Of a DNA stretch of 64,000 bases, positions 48,527 through 58,376 are shown piece after piece. Source of the stretch: Candidatus Omnitrophota bacterium (GTDB lineage: Bacteria; Omnitrophota; Gorgyraeia; Gygaellales; Gygaellaceae); NCBI GenBank assembly GCA_018400015.1, contig JAGYNB010000002.1, positions 180,555-244,554 on the forward strand, read 5' to 3'. Position 1 is the stretch's first letter. Every line of letters starts with the position of its first letter. The notes beneath the pieces are model-generated. The model was given only the letters and a program-made list of their open reading frames with translations. It was not told where the DNA came from and did not search any database. The position numbers and the translations under genes were made by a program.

Positions 48527-50203
48527 ATGAGCATTATTGAGAATATATTAACAAGTATTCAAGTGTACCATTTGAATATTTTAGTTCTTTTGGGTCTTGC
48601 TTTATTCGGCGGAGTTTTAGGTGGCAGGATATTCCAAAAACTTAAAGTTCCCCAGGTTGTCGGTTATATTGCTATTGGTATCTTAATTGGCGAATCAGGG
48701 ATAAAAATTGTCGATGAAAAGCTTATTGCTATGCTCGAACCTTTAAACTATTTTGCTTTAGGTTTAATTGGCTTTATGGTGGGGGGGGAATTACACCGCA
48801 GTATTTTCACCAAATACGGCAGGCAGTTTATGACGATTTTGTTTTGCGAGGGGATTACGCCGTTTTTGCTGGTTACTCTTTTTGTAGGGTTTTTTGGTTC
48901 TTTTTTCTTTGATTGGCATATTGCTTGGAGTTTAGGGTTGCTTTTTGGTGCGGTTGCATCAGCCACTGACCCTGCGACCACAACAGAAGTATTAAGAGAA
49001 TATAGGACCAGAGGTCCGTTAAGTAAAACTGTTATGGGGATAGTTGCTTTAGACGATGGTTTGGCTTTGATACTTTTTGCTATAGCTTGCAGTGTTGCAG
49101 GTTCTTTAAGCGGCACGACTCACGATAGTTTATTGAAGACATTTATTCATCCGATTTACGATATTGGCGGATCAATAATTCTAGGAACTGTTCTGGGGTT
49201 TACGTTAAGCAAGATACTTAATAGATATTCGGAAAAAGAGCGTCTCTTGGCTTTTACTATTGGTATAGTTTTGCTTGTTGTGGGGCTTTCTCTTACTTTA
49301 AATGTGGAAATGCTTCTTACAGCAATGACCGTAGGGGTAATCGTAGTGAATCTAAGCCCGCAAAAAAGTAAGGATGTATTTAAACTTGTGGGTGGCTTTA
49401 CTCCGCCGATATATGTACTTTTTTTTGTTTTAATCGGAGCAAAGCTTAACCTTTCGCATTTGGGTTTATCAACAAGCGTACTGGTAGTGATTTATTTATT
49501 TGGTACGATGTTTGGTAAAGTCGTGGGTTCAAGATTCGGCGCACGCTTAGCTGGTTCACCGATCAGCGTACAAAAGTATCTGCCTTTAGCGCTTTTTAGT
49601 CAGGCGGGCGTGGCAATCGGTTTATCTATTTTGGCAGCCCAGTATTTTCCCGGAGCCATAGGTAATACTATAATCATCGTTATAACCGCAACCACGTTTA
49701 TCTTGCAACTTGTGGGTCCGTATTTTACCAAAATTGCCGTAACGAAAGCAAAAGAGGTCGGCCTTAATGTTACAGAAGAAGACCTTATTTATAATACAAA
49801 AGCAAAAGATGTTATGGATGCCAACCCTCCTTTGATTTTAAACAATATGCCATTGTCTAAGATATTAAATATATTTTCAACTGATTCCAATCTTTATTAC
49901 CCGGTTGTGGATAGCGAGAATAAGGTTTTGGGGATAATTACCGTAGATAACTTGAAGAATATTTTTATGGAGACAGACCTTAATGATTTGCTTTTGGCTG
50001 TTGATGTTATGGAGCCGGTTTTAGCGACCGTAACGATCGATTCGCCAGTTCAAAGCGTAAAAGAATCATTGAATAGATTTAATCTTGAATATATCCCAGT
50101 AACGGATAACGAAAACAAACTTATCGGTTTTATTGAAGAAAGGATGCTTGATAGAATAATATCCACCAAGCTTATGGAGCTTCAAAGAGAAGTGGATATG
50201 TAA
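48527..50203 (+). CDS. monovalent cation:proton antiporter (CPA family) with C-terminal CBS-domain pair
   Basis: Na_H exchanger TM domain (10-12 helices, IAIGILIGESG) and two C-terminal CBS motifs; 558 aa. Confidence 0.75.
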   Translation: MSIIENILTSIQVYHLNILVLLGLALFGGVLGGRIFQKLKVPQVVGYIAIGILIGESGIKIVDEKLIAMLEPLNYFALGLIGFMVGGELHRSIFTKYGRQFMTILFCEGITPFLLVTLFVGFFGSFFFDWHIAWSLGLLFGAVASATDPATTTEVLREYRTRGPLSKTVMGIVALDDGLALILFAIACSVAGSLSGTTHDSLLKTFIHPIYDIGGSIILGTVLGFTLSKILNRYSEKERLLAFTIGIVLLVVGLSLTLNVEMLLTAMTVGVIVVNLSPQKSKDVFKLVGGFTPPIYVLFFVLIGAKLNLSHLGLSTSVLVVIYLFGTMFGKVVGSRFGARLAGSPISVQKYLPLALFSQAGVAIGLSILAAQYFPGAIGNTIIIVITATTFILQLVGPYFTKIAVTKAKEVGLNVTEEDLIYNTKAKDVMDANPPLILNNMPLSKILNIFSTDSNLYYPVVDSENKVLGIITVDNLKNIFMETDLNDLLLAVDVMEPVLATVTIDSPVQSVKESLNRFNLEYIPVTDNENKLIGFIEERMLDRIISTKLMELQREVDM

Positions 50204-50292
50204 GCTTAGCATGTTGAAAATAGCTTTCGGTTATGGTTATGGTACTGGCAATATATAGACATAATAAAAAATAAAAGTTTTTCTTATTGTTG

Positions 50293-51375
50293 ATGAATTT
50301 AAAATTAACCCCTTTAGCTGAAGTTCACGAAACGTTAGGCGCTAAAACCGCATCTTTTGGCGGCTGGCTTATGCCTATAGAGTATAATGGTATAATCCAG
50401 GAACATAACTGGACGAGAAAAAACGCTTCGGTTTTTGATATTTGTCATATGGGTGAGTTTGAATTTAAAGGAGATTTGAAAACATCCGGATTTGATAATG
50501 TAGTTACTGCAGATTTAGAATCAATGCCTGTAAAAACCTGCCGTTATGGGTTTTTGCTTAATGAAACTGGCAATATCTTAGACGATGCGGTTACGTATAG
50601 AAAAGGCATTGATCAATGGATGCTGGTAGTAAACGCTGCTACGACAGAAGATGATTTTAAGCATATTAAAAGTAATTTAAGATCAAGTAATTTTAGAAAT
50701 ATGTCTGATCAAACCGCAAAGCTTGATTTGCAGGGGCCGTTATCGCGCGATGTGTTGGTTAGTTTAGGCTGTAAAGGTATTGAGAATCTCGCTTATTACA
50801 CTTTTGATTACTTTGAACTATTTGAAAACAAAGTGTTAATCAGCAGAACTGGTTATACCGGAGAATTGGGTTTTGAAATCTATATTGATTCTATCCATGC
50901 GGTTGAACTTTGGAATTTGTTGTTAAAAGAAGACAGGGTGCGTCCTGCAGGTCTTGGCGCTAGAGATACCCTTAGGCTTGAGATGAGCTATCCTTTATAT
51001 GGTCAGGATATAACCGGGGAAAATAACCCGATCGAAGCAGGGTTTGGCAAATTTATCGATTTTGATAAAGAGTTTATCGGTAAAGAAAAGCTATTAAAAA
51101 AGAAAACTAATGTTGAGAAAAAATTAGTTTGCTTTGTGTGTGACTCCCGCCGTGCCCCCAGGCATAACGACAGGATATTAAAAGATAAAAAGACTATCGG
51201 TGTAGTTACCAGCGGATCATTCTCGCCAAGTCTGGGTGTGGGAATTGGCATGGGTTATGTTGAGAGTCATGAAGCGGTTGTTGATAACCAGATCATAATA
51301 AGCGATGATAAGAAAGAATTAAGTGCCAAAATAGTTAAGAGACCTTTTTATAAAAATGGATCTTTAAAAGGATGA
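50293..51375 (+). CDS. gcvT: glycine cleavage system T protein (aminomethyltransferase)
   Basis: TPLAEVHETLGAKTASFGGWLMPIEY N-terminus and GYTGELGFEI motif; ATG 50293 preferred over the two TTG codons at 50287. Confidence 0.9.
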   Translation: MNLKLTPLAEVHETLGAKTASFGGWLMPIEYNGIIQEHNWTRKNASVFDICHMGEFEFKGDLKTSGFDNVVTADLESMPVKTCRYGFLLNETGNILDDAVTYRKGIDQWMLVVNAATTEDDFKHIKSNLRSSNFRNMSDQTAKLDLQGPLSRDVLVSLGCKGIENLAYYTFDYFELFENKVLISRTGYTGELGFEIYIDSIHAVELWNLLLKEDRVRPAGLGARDTLRLEMSYPLYGQDITGENNPIEAGFGKFIDFDKEFIGKEKLLKKKTNVEKKLVCFVCDSRRAPRHNDRILKDKKTIGVVTSGSFSPSLGVGIGMGYVESHEAVVDNQIIISDDKKELSAKIVKRPFYKNGSLKG

Positions 51376-51387
51376 AAGGAGTTTTTT

Positions 51388-51777
51388 ATGGATGTTAGAG
51401 AAGGTTTATTTTATACAAAAGAGCACGAATGGGTCAAGATAGACGGCAAGATTGCAACTGTCGGGATAACCGATTATGCACAGTCGGCTTTGGGGGATGT
51501 CACGTTTGTTGAACTTCCCAAGAAAGCAGATGTATTTAAGCAGGCAGATCAGATCGCTACAGTTGAATCAGTTAAGGCAGCTTCTGATATCTATGCTCCT
51601 TTAAGCGGCGCAGTAGAAGAGATTAATCCAGAGCTAGATAATGTGCCGGAATTAGTCAATCAATCATGCTATGAAAAAGGTTTTTTCTTAAAGATGCAAA
51701 TAGAAGATGAAGCGGAAATTAAGAACCTGATGGATGCTAAAAGCTATAAAGCGTACCTGGAAAGTTTAGCTAAATGA
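51388..51777 (+). CDS. gcvH: glycine cleavage system H protein
   Basis: Lipoyl-lysine motif VESVKAASDIYAPLSG; 129 aa; AAAGGAG RBS. Confidence 0.9.
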   Translation: MDVREGLFYTKEHEWVKIDGKIATVGITDYAQSALGDVTFVELPKKADVFKQADQIATVESVKAASDIYAPLSGAVEEINPELDNVPELVNQSCYEKGFFLKMQIEDEAEIKNLMDAKSYKAYLESLAK

Positions 51778-53105
51778 ATTTTATTCCCCATACAGACAAA
51801 GAACGCCGTGAAATGTGTAAAGCCATCGGTGTATCCAGTATAGATGAATTGTTTAAGGATATTACTCCGGATTTAAAAGCTAAATCGTTCGAGTTGCCAA
51901 ATGGTAAATCCGAGTTTGAGGTAATGCGCTTCTTTAAAGGTTTGGCTAATAAAAATAATGTCAGCCTCACGAGTTTTTTAGGGGCAGGATTTTACGATCA
52001 TTATATACCCTCAGCAGTTGAAAGTCTGTCTTCGAAGCCAGAGTTTTATACAGCCTATACGCCTTATCAGCCAGAATGTTCGCAAGGCTGGCTGCAGTCG
52101 ATATTTGAATTTCAGACTGCTATATGTGAGCTGACTTCACTTGATGTTGCCAATGCCTCGCTTTATGACGGTGGGACTGCGCTTTATGAAGCAGCGATGA
52201 TGGCCATTCGTATAACCGGCAGGAAAAAGATTATTGTCGACAGCGGTGTTAATCTTCTTTATCGCAGTATGCTTTATACATACACAACTAATTTGGAAAT
52301 TGAGTTTAAGGAAACTCCAGTCGTACACGGCCAGAGTTCGCGTAAGGATATATCCTCGGTAATAGACAAAGATACTGCAGCGATAATTTTGCAGAATCCT
52401 AATTTTTTTGGTGCTATAGATGATCATTCGGATATTGTAAAAAAAGCGCATGAATTAGGCGTTTTGGTGATTCAGTCGGTTTATCCTGTTGCTTTAGGAT
52501 TAATAAAGCCGCCCGGGGAGATGGATGTTGACATTGCAACCGGAGAAGGGCAAAGCCTGGGCTTAAATTTGAATTTTGGCGGTCCTTACCTTGGTTTTAT
52601 GGCAGCAAAAAAACAATATATGCGTAAGATGCCTGGCAGGATTGTCGGAGAAACTGTTGATAAACAAAATAAAAGAGGTTTTGTTCTCACTTTACAGACA
52701 AGAGAACAGCATATCAGGCGCGAGAAAGCAACTTCTAATATCTGTTCCAATGAAGCATTATGTGCTTTGCGTGCAGTGATCTATCTGTCTTTATTAGGCA
52801 AGCACGGTTTTAAGGAACTTGCTTTATTAAATCATAAAAAGGCAGAATTTGCCAAAGGCTTGTTTGATAAGATAAAAGGTGTTGAAGTTAAGAAAAACTC
52901 ACCTACGTTTAATGAGTTTACGCTAATGCTGCCAAAGCGTGCGGATGAGATCGTGTGTAAATTAATTGAAAAAGGGTTTATCTGCGGTTTTCCTTTGGGC
53001 AGGTTTTATAAGGGTTTGGATAATTATTTATTAGTAAGTGTTACGGAAAAGCGCTCCAAAGAGGAGATTGCAAAATTAGCCGATACCTTGGAGGCAGCGT
53101 TATGA
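51774..53105 (+). CDS. gcvPA: glycine dehydrogenase (decarboxylating) subunit 1
   Basis: GcvP alpha-subunit profile (YTPYQPECSQGWLQSIFEFQT); ATGA overlap with gcvH. Confidence 0.9.
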   Translation: MNFIPHTDKERREMCKAIGVSSIDELFKDITPDLKAKSFELPNGKSEFEVMRFFKGLANKNNVSLTSFLGAGFYDHYIPSAVESLSSKPEFYTAYTPYQPECSQGWLQSIFEFQTAICELTSLDVANASLYDGGTALYEAAMMAIRITGRKKIIVDSGVNLLYRSMLYTYTTNLEIEFKETPVVHGQSSRKDISSVIDKDTAAIILQNPNFFGAIDDHSDIVKKAHELGVLVIQSVYPVALGLIKPPGEMDVDIATGEGQSLGLNLNFGGPYLGFMAAKKQYMRKMPGRIVGETVDKQNKRGFVLTLQTREQHIRREKATSNICSNEALCALRAVIYLSLLGKHGFKELALLNHKKAEFAKGLFDKIKGVEVKKNSPTFNEFTLMLPKRADEIVCKLIEKGFICGFPLGRFYKGLDNYLLVSVTEKRSKEEIAKLADTLEAAL

Positions 53106-54550
53106 AGCTGATTTTTGAAAAAAGTATAGATAGTAGAACCGGGTTTAAACTTCCAGAGTGCGATGTGGATATAAAATTTAATTTGAGTGAGAAGTATCTT
53201 AGGAAATCTCAAGCAGAACTTCCTGAAGTTTCGGAATTGGACGTGGTCAGGCATTTTAGCGAGCTGGCCAAAAGGAATTTTTCCGTTGATAGTAATTTTT
53301 ATCCTTTGGGTTCATGTACGATGAAGTATAATCCGAAATTTACGGAAAGAGTTGCTAATTTTGAAGGTTTTACTGATTTGCACGGTCTCCTGCCGCAGGT
53401 TTTGGGTGCAAGTATGCTTTGCCAGGGTGCTTTGCAGGTTGTTTATGATGTACAGAAATTACTCTGTGAGATAACCGGAATGAAGGCTTTTACCACGCAG
53501 CCATTAGCCGGCGCGCATGGTGAATTGACCGGCGCAATGCTTATTGCTGCCTATCACAAGGATAAAAAACATAAGCGTAAATATGTGATTGTGCCTGATT
53601 CTTCACACGGTACTAATCCCGCCAGTGCAGCAATCGCAGGTTATGAGATTATTACTGTTCCTACTGATAAAACCGGCTGCATGGATTTTGAAGAGTTTAA
53701 AAGTAAACTTAATGAAAATGTTGCGGCAGTAATGCTTACATGTCCAAATACTTTAGGGATATTCAATTTCCGCATAAAAGATATTTGTGACGAGGCGCAC
53801 AAAGTCGATGCCTTGGTTTATTATGATGGAGCTAATCTTAATGCGATATTAGGTAAAGCCAGACCAGGAGATATCGGTTTTGATATCGTGCATATTAATC
53901 TGCATAAGACATTTGCTACGCCTCATGGCGGAGGAGGCCCGGGTGCAGGGCCTGTGGGCGTAAGTGAAAAGCTAGTTGGGTATTTACCTATCCCACGCGT
54001 AGTCAAGCGCAGTGATGCAACTTATGCTTTAAGTTACAACCGGTCTAAATCATTAGGTTATATGGCTGCGTTTTTTGGTAATTTTAGCGTAATACTTAAA
54101 ACCTACGCCTATATTATGATGTTGGGCAAAGATGGCCTGACAGAAGTGAGTGAAACCGCAGTTTTAAACGCAAATTACCTAAAAGAAAAGCTAAAGAAAT
54201 ATTTTCAGCTGGATTATGACAGGATCTGTATGCATGAATTCGTAATATCTGCTGTTAGTCAGTTAAAGAATAATATCCATGCAATTGATATTGCCAAATA
54301 CTTAATTGATAAAGGCATTCATCCGCCCACGGTGTATTTCCCTTTGATTGTTAAAGAGGCGATGATGGTTGAGCCCACGGAAACCGAGAGCAAACAAACC
54401 CTGGATGAGTTTATCGATGTTATGGTTGAAATTGCCGAGTTGGCTGAACATAACCCGCAAGCGTTAAAAGATGCTCCTGTTACAACCTGTGTAGGCAGGC
54501 TTGATGAAGCAAAGGCAGCAAGAGATTTGAATCTACGCTGGCAAAAATAA
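53102..54550 (+). CDS. gcvPB: glycine dehydrogenase (decarboxylating) subunit 2
   Basis: PLP-binding region HINLHKTFATPHGGGGPGAGP (Lys in NLHKTF); ATGA overlap with gcvPA. Confidence 0.9.
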   Translation: MKLIFEKSIDSRTGFKLPECDVDIKFNLSEKYLRKSQAELPEVSELDVVRHFSELAKRNFSVDSNFYPLGSCTMKYNPKFTERVANFEGFTDLHGLLPQVLGASMLCQGALQVVYDVQKLLCEITGMKAFTTQPLAGAHGELTGAMLIAAYHKDKKHKRKYVIVPDSSHGTNPASAAIAGYEIITVPTDKTGCMDFEEFKSKLNENVAAVMLTCPNTLGIFNFRIKDICDEAHKVDALVYYDGANLNAILGKARPGDIGFDIVHINLHKTFATPHGGGGPGAGPVGVSEKLVGYLPIPRVVKRSDATYALSYNRSKSLGYMAAFFGNFSVILKTYAYIMMLGKDGLTEVSETAVLNANYLKEKLKKYFQLDYDRICMHEFVISAVSQLKNNIHAIDIAKYLIDKGIHPPTVYFPLIVKEAMMVEPTETESKQTLDEFIDVMVEIAELAEHNPQALKDAPVTTCVGRLDEAKAARDLNLRWQK

Positions 54551-54552
54551 TC

Positions 54553-55410
54553 ATGAGTAGAATAGTTTTTGAAAAACCTTCCTGGCTTAAGAAAAAAATC
54601 ATTCTTAAGGACTGCGTAAGATTGAATAACCTTTTTGGGAAATTAAAACTACATACAGTTTGCCATGAGGCAATGTGCCCTAATATATCCGAGTGTTTTA
54701 AAAAAGGTGTTGCCACTTTTTTGATTATGGGTGATACCTGTACCCGCCGCTGCGGGTTTTGCAATGTGAAAAAAGGCATTCCCAGGGATTTAGACGAAGA
54801 CGAACCGCAGAGAGTCCTAGAGGCTGTAAAGGAACTGAAATTAAAGCATGTTGTTATAACAAGCGTCACAAGAGATGATTTGGAAGATAAGGGAGCGGAG
54901 CATTTTGCCAAAACAATAAAGACCATAAAAGATTTTGATAAGAATATAGCTGTTGAGGTTCTCGTGCCGGATTTTCTTGCAAAAAAAGATTTAATCAAGA
55001 TTGTTTTAGACGAAAATCCGGATATTTTTGCCCATAATGTGGAGATGGTGCCCTTACTTTATGAGGAAATCAGGCCTGATTCAGACTATAGGCTATGTTT
55101 GGAAGTCTTAAAGATAGCCAAGACAATAAAAAAAGATATTTATACAAAGTCCGGCATTATGTTGGGTTTAGGTGAAGATGATAATGAGATAATAGAAGTT
55201 TTAAAAGATTTAAGAAGCGTTGGTTGTGATTTCTTAAGCGTAGGCCAGTATTTATCCCCATCAAAAAGCCATTACCCGGTAAAAGAATTTAAAAAACCTG
55301 AAGTTTTTGATAGGATTAAGGAAAGTGCGCTTGGTATGGGATTTTTACACGTTGAGAGCGCTCCTTATGTAAGAAGTTCTTACATCGCCAGCGAATACTT
55401 AAAAAAATAA
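54553..55410 (+). CDS. lipA: lipoyl synthase
   Basis: Auxiliary cluster CHEAMCPNISEC and radical SAM CTRRCGFC motifs. Confidence 0.9.
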   Translation: MSRIVFEKPSWLKKKIILKDCVRLNNLFGKLKLHTVCHEAMCPNISECFKKGVATFLIMGDTCTRRCGFCNVKKGIPRDLDEDEPQRVLEAVKELKLKHVVITSVTRDDLEDKGAEHFAKTIKTIKDFDKNIAVEVLVPDFLAKKDLIKIVLDENPDIFAHNVEMVPLLYEEIRPDSDYRLCLEVLKIAKTIKKDIYTKSGIMLGLGEDDNEIIEVLKDLRSVGCDFLSVGQYLSPSKSHYPVKEFKKPEVFDRIKESALGMGFLHVESAPYVRSSYIASEYLKK

Positions 55411-55414
55411 GTCT

Positions 55415-56143
55415 GTGAATAAAAAAATACAATTTAATAAAAGATTGCTTAGGAGCTGGTCCAGCCAGTTTGATAAGACTTTAGGAAGCATGGGGTTCCA
55501 TAAAGGCTTATTAAGGCTGATGGTGGAAGTTTCTAAAGTGCACAATGGCAGCAAGGTGCTTGATATTGGTTGTGGTACAGGTTTGTTGAGCGCCAGGTTT
55601 TTAAGTAAAAATAACTGTTTTATAACCGGAATAGATAATTCACGTGAAATGCTTTCTATATTGAATAAGAAAATAAGAAAGTTTAAAATAGCGGATAATT
55701 TAAAAGTCAAATATATGGACATAGTAAAGTTAAGGCTGAAATCGAATAGCTTTGATATTGCAGCATGTTCTATGGTACTGCATCATTTTGATAAAGATAA
55801 ATTAAAGGTTTTAAGAAAAATAAAAGACGTGTTAAAGCCAGAAGGGCTATTTATTTTAGGTGATATTGATATGGAAACGCGCGGGAGCCATACCGATATC
55901 AAAAGGCTTAAAAGAATAGTTGATGTTTTATTAAGCGAATGGGTGTGTGCTTTAAAGGATACAGGAATAGAAGGGTTTAAAAGGCAGTATGATAGCGGTA
56001 AAAGGCATATACTTAATTTGGGAGAGTATTGCGTAAGCTTTAAAGAATGGTCCCAGCTTTGTAAGAAGGCTGGATTAAAAATAGTCAAGATAATACCGGT
56101 AAAGGAAAACAAAAATTTCAAGGTATTGGTAGCTAGAAAATAA
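55415..56143 (+). CDS. class I SAM-dependent methyltransferase
   Basis: Motif I VLDIGCGTGLL; GTG start; 242 aa. Confidence 0.7.
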   Translation: MNKKIQFNKRLLRSWSSQFDKTLGSMGFHKGLLRLMVEVSKVHNGSKVLDIGCGTGLLSARFLSKNNCFITGIDNSREMLSILNKKIRKFKIADNLKVKYMDIVKLRLKSNSFDIAACSMVLHHFDKDKLKVLRKIKDVLKPEGLFILGDIDMETRGSHTDIKRLKRIVDVLLSEWVCALKDTGIEGFKRQYDSGKRHILNLGEYCVSFKEWSQLCKKAGLKIVKIIPVKENKNFKVLVARK

Positions 56144-56151
56144 AAAAGTCT

Positions 56152-56529
56152 ATGAAAAACACATTTGCAACCTGTATTAACTGTATAGATGGAAGGGTGC
56201 AGCTTCCGGCAATCAATTTTATAAAAAAAAGTTTTAAAGCGGACTTTGTGGATATGGTTACTTATCCAGGAGTAGATAAGATACTTTCCGGGAAAAATAG
56301 CAAAGATATTATTTCTATTAAAAAAAAGGTAAAACTTTCGGTTAAAGTTCATAATCCTGAGGTTGTTATTATTGTCGGTCATTATGATTGCCTGGCTAAT
56401 CCTGTTACCAAAGCTGTACACATCAAACAGATTAAATCCTCAATAAAAACTATCCAGAAATGGAATCTTGACGTAAATGTAAAAGGATTATGGATAGATA
56501 GTTCATGGCAGGCGCACAGGTTAAAATAA
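56152..56529 (+). CDS. small beta-carbonic-anhydrase-like metal-binding protein (hypothetical)
   Basis: CINCIDGRV (CxDxR-like) and IIVGHYDCLA (HxxC-like) spaced as in beta-CA zinc sites, but only 125 aa. Confidence 0.4.
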   Translation: MKNTFATCINCIDGRVQLPAINFIKKSFKADFVDMVTYPGVDKILSGKNSKDIISIKKKVKLSVKVHNPEVVIIVGHYDCLANPVTKAVHIKQIKSSIKTIQKWNLDVNVKGLWIDSSWQAHRLK

Positions 56530-56654
56530 GAAACTGTATATATAAAGGCTTGTTTTATAAAGAATTTAGGAATATCATAGAGATGGTAGTTTTTTATTCC
56601 CTGTAGTCAGCTTTGTCAGATAGATATTCATAACACAAAAACAAGGAGGGGAAA

Positions 56655-56822
56655 ATGCAAGGTCTGTTAGGTCTTATTGTTATTGTGTTGGATGTTATTG
56701 CTATATTAGATGTAATCAAGAGCTCAAAAGATACTGCGGGAAAAGCACTCTGGATTATTTTGATTGTGATACTGCCTGTTATAGGTTTGGTGCTTTATTA
56801 TTTATTGGGTAAGAAGAAATAA
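56655..56822 (+). CDS. PLDc_N-type small membrane protein (55 aa; not in the ORF track)
   Basis: ATG preceded by AAGGAGGGG RBS; translation MQGLLGLIVIVLDVIAILDVIKSSKDTAGKALWIILIVILPVIGLVLYYLLGKKK matches the YxlE/PLD-N-terminal small-protein family; intrinsic terminator follows. Confidence 0.6.
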   Translation: MQGLLGLIVIVLDVIAILDVIKSSKDTAGKALWIILIVILPVIGLVLYYLLGKKK

Positions 56823-56850
56823 TTCATAGCCTGGGATCGTTTTAGTTCTA

Positions 56851-56887
56851 AAAACCCTCAAAGATATCCTAATGAGGGTTTTTTATT
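56851..56887 (+). terminator. rho-independent terminator
   Basis: AAAACCCTCA-(12-nt loop)-TGAGGGTTTT followed by a T-run. Confidence 0.7.
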
Positions 56888-56965
56888 AATTGCAGCTTGG
56901 GGTATTTGATATATAATATTTGTTACGGGATCATTAATTTTTATAAGGATCAAGCTATCCATATT

Positions 56966-58375
56966 ATGAACAATAAACGCTTACGCAAAGTAAATAACCA
57001 TACAATTTCCGGCAGCATAAGAACTTCCATCTGGAAACTTGCCATTCCGATGATGGGCGGAGCTATTTTGCATGATTTATTCTCTCTTGCGGATATGTTT
57101 TTTGTAGGGCGTTTGGGGCATGAAGCAGTGGCGGCTTTGACCATATCAGGCTTTATTATATCGGTTATTATGATGGCGATTATCGGCATTGCCACAGGCA
57201 CAACTGCATTGATTGCCCATTTTACCGGTAAAAAGGATTATGATTCAGCTGATCTGGTATTGTTCCAGACAGTGGTAGTAAGCGTTGTTGGCTCAATAAT
57301 TATGGTGTTTATCGGATTATTTTCTACAGAGTTTTTGCTTAAGCTTTTTGGTGCAACTGCTGAGATAATCCCCGCAGCGGCAGAGTATTTAAAAATTGGG
57401 TTTATCTGGTCGATATTTATATTTTTGTTTATCGGGTTTAATCAGGCCTTAAGAGGTTCAGGCGATGTTGATGTTCCTCTAAAGGTGCTTATTCTAGCCA
57501 ATGTGATAAATATTATTATTGACCCTATGTTTATATTCGGTTTTGGAATAATACCTTCGATGGGTGTTGCCGGTTCTGCTATAGCCACTGTATTAAGCCG
57601 CGGTATAGGCGTAGTGATACTTTTTATGCATTTTATGTTTGGTCATTCCAGTCTGCATTTTCACAAAAAAGTATTTAAGATTAATTTTACGATTATCGGC
57701 AGGATGATTAAAATCGGTTTTTTTGCTTCGTTTGAGGTATTGTTAAGACAGATTTCCATACTTTTATTGGCGCGAATCGTGGCATCATTTGGTGCAGTAT
57801 CTTTGGCAGCATTTGGTATTGCCATGAGGTTGCGCTTATCGATTATTATGCTTGGTATGGGCATGGCTGATACGGCTTCAGTGTTGATAGGACAGAATAT
57901 GGGGGCAGGCAATGCAGAACGTGCAACAAAATTAGGCATGAAGATATTAAAATATTTTGAATTGATGATTATACCGGTTGCAATTGTGTTTTTTGTTTTT
58001 TCTCAAGCGATAATAACAATATTCAATAATCATCCCGAAGTTGTTAGAACCGGTAGTATGTTTTTAAGGCTGGTTGCGGTTACCTTGCCGTTTTTGGCTG
58101 TTGCGCTTATTTTAGGCAGAGGCGTTACCGGAGCAGGAGATACGATTGCGCCTGCTGTGATGACAGGCATTTCACAACTGGGTTTGCGTGTCCCCGTGGC
58201 TTATGTTATGAGCATCGTATTTGGTTTTGGTATAATCGGCGTATGGCTGGGGATTAATGCATCTGATATCCTGCAGGGTTTGGCGATGCTGTGGTATTTT
58301 AAAAAAGGATACTGGCAGAAGAGGTATCACAAGCACAGGGTTATTTTAGAACAGGGCGGGTTTGCAGGCATTTGA
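56966..58375 (+). CDS. MATE family efflux transporter
   Basis: 12-TM MATE profile with two MatE repeats; ATG 56966 lies downstream of the terminator (the track's 56897 start runs through the terminator). Confidence 0.85.
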   Translation: MNNKRLRKVNNHTISGSIRTSIWKLAIPMMGGAILHDLFSLADMFFVGRLGHEAVAALTISGFIISVIMMAIIGIATGTTALIAHFTGKKDYDSADLVLFQTVVVSVVGSIIMVFIGLFSTEFLLKLFGATAEIIPAAAEYLKIGFIWSIFIFLFIGFNQALRGSGDVDVPLKVLILANVINIIIDPMFIFGFGIIPSMGVAGSAIATVLSRGIGVVILFMHFMFGHSSLHFHKKVFKINFTIIGRMIKIGFFASFEVLLRQISILLLARIVASFGAVSLAAFGIAMRLRLSIIMLGMGMADTASVLIGQNMGAGNAERATKLGMKILKYFELMIIPVAIVFFVFSQAIITIFNNHPEVVRTGSMFLRLVAVTLPFLAVALILGRGVTGAGDTIAPAVMTGISQLGLRVPVAYVMSIVFGFGIIGVWLGINASDILQGLAMLWYFKKGYWQKRYHKHRVILEQGGFAGI

Positions 58376-58376
58376 T

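Noticed and set aside
50204-50292. Possible glycine riboswitch upstream of gcvT
   Set aside because: The intergenic region is only about 88 nt and lacks the conserved glycine-aptamer cores (GGAGAG...CACCG, ACCGAAGGGGCAA-like segments). No convincing P1/P3 pairing is seen.
56897-56965. MATE ORF start at 56897
   Set aside because: That start lies within or immediately after the intrinsic terminator stem-loop. The ATG at 56966 gives a normal N-terminus.
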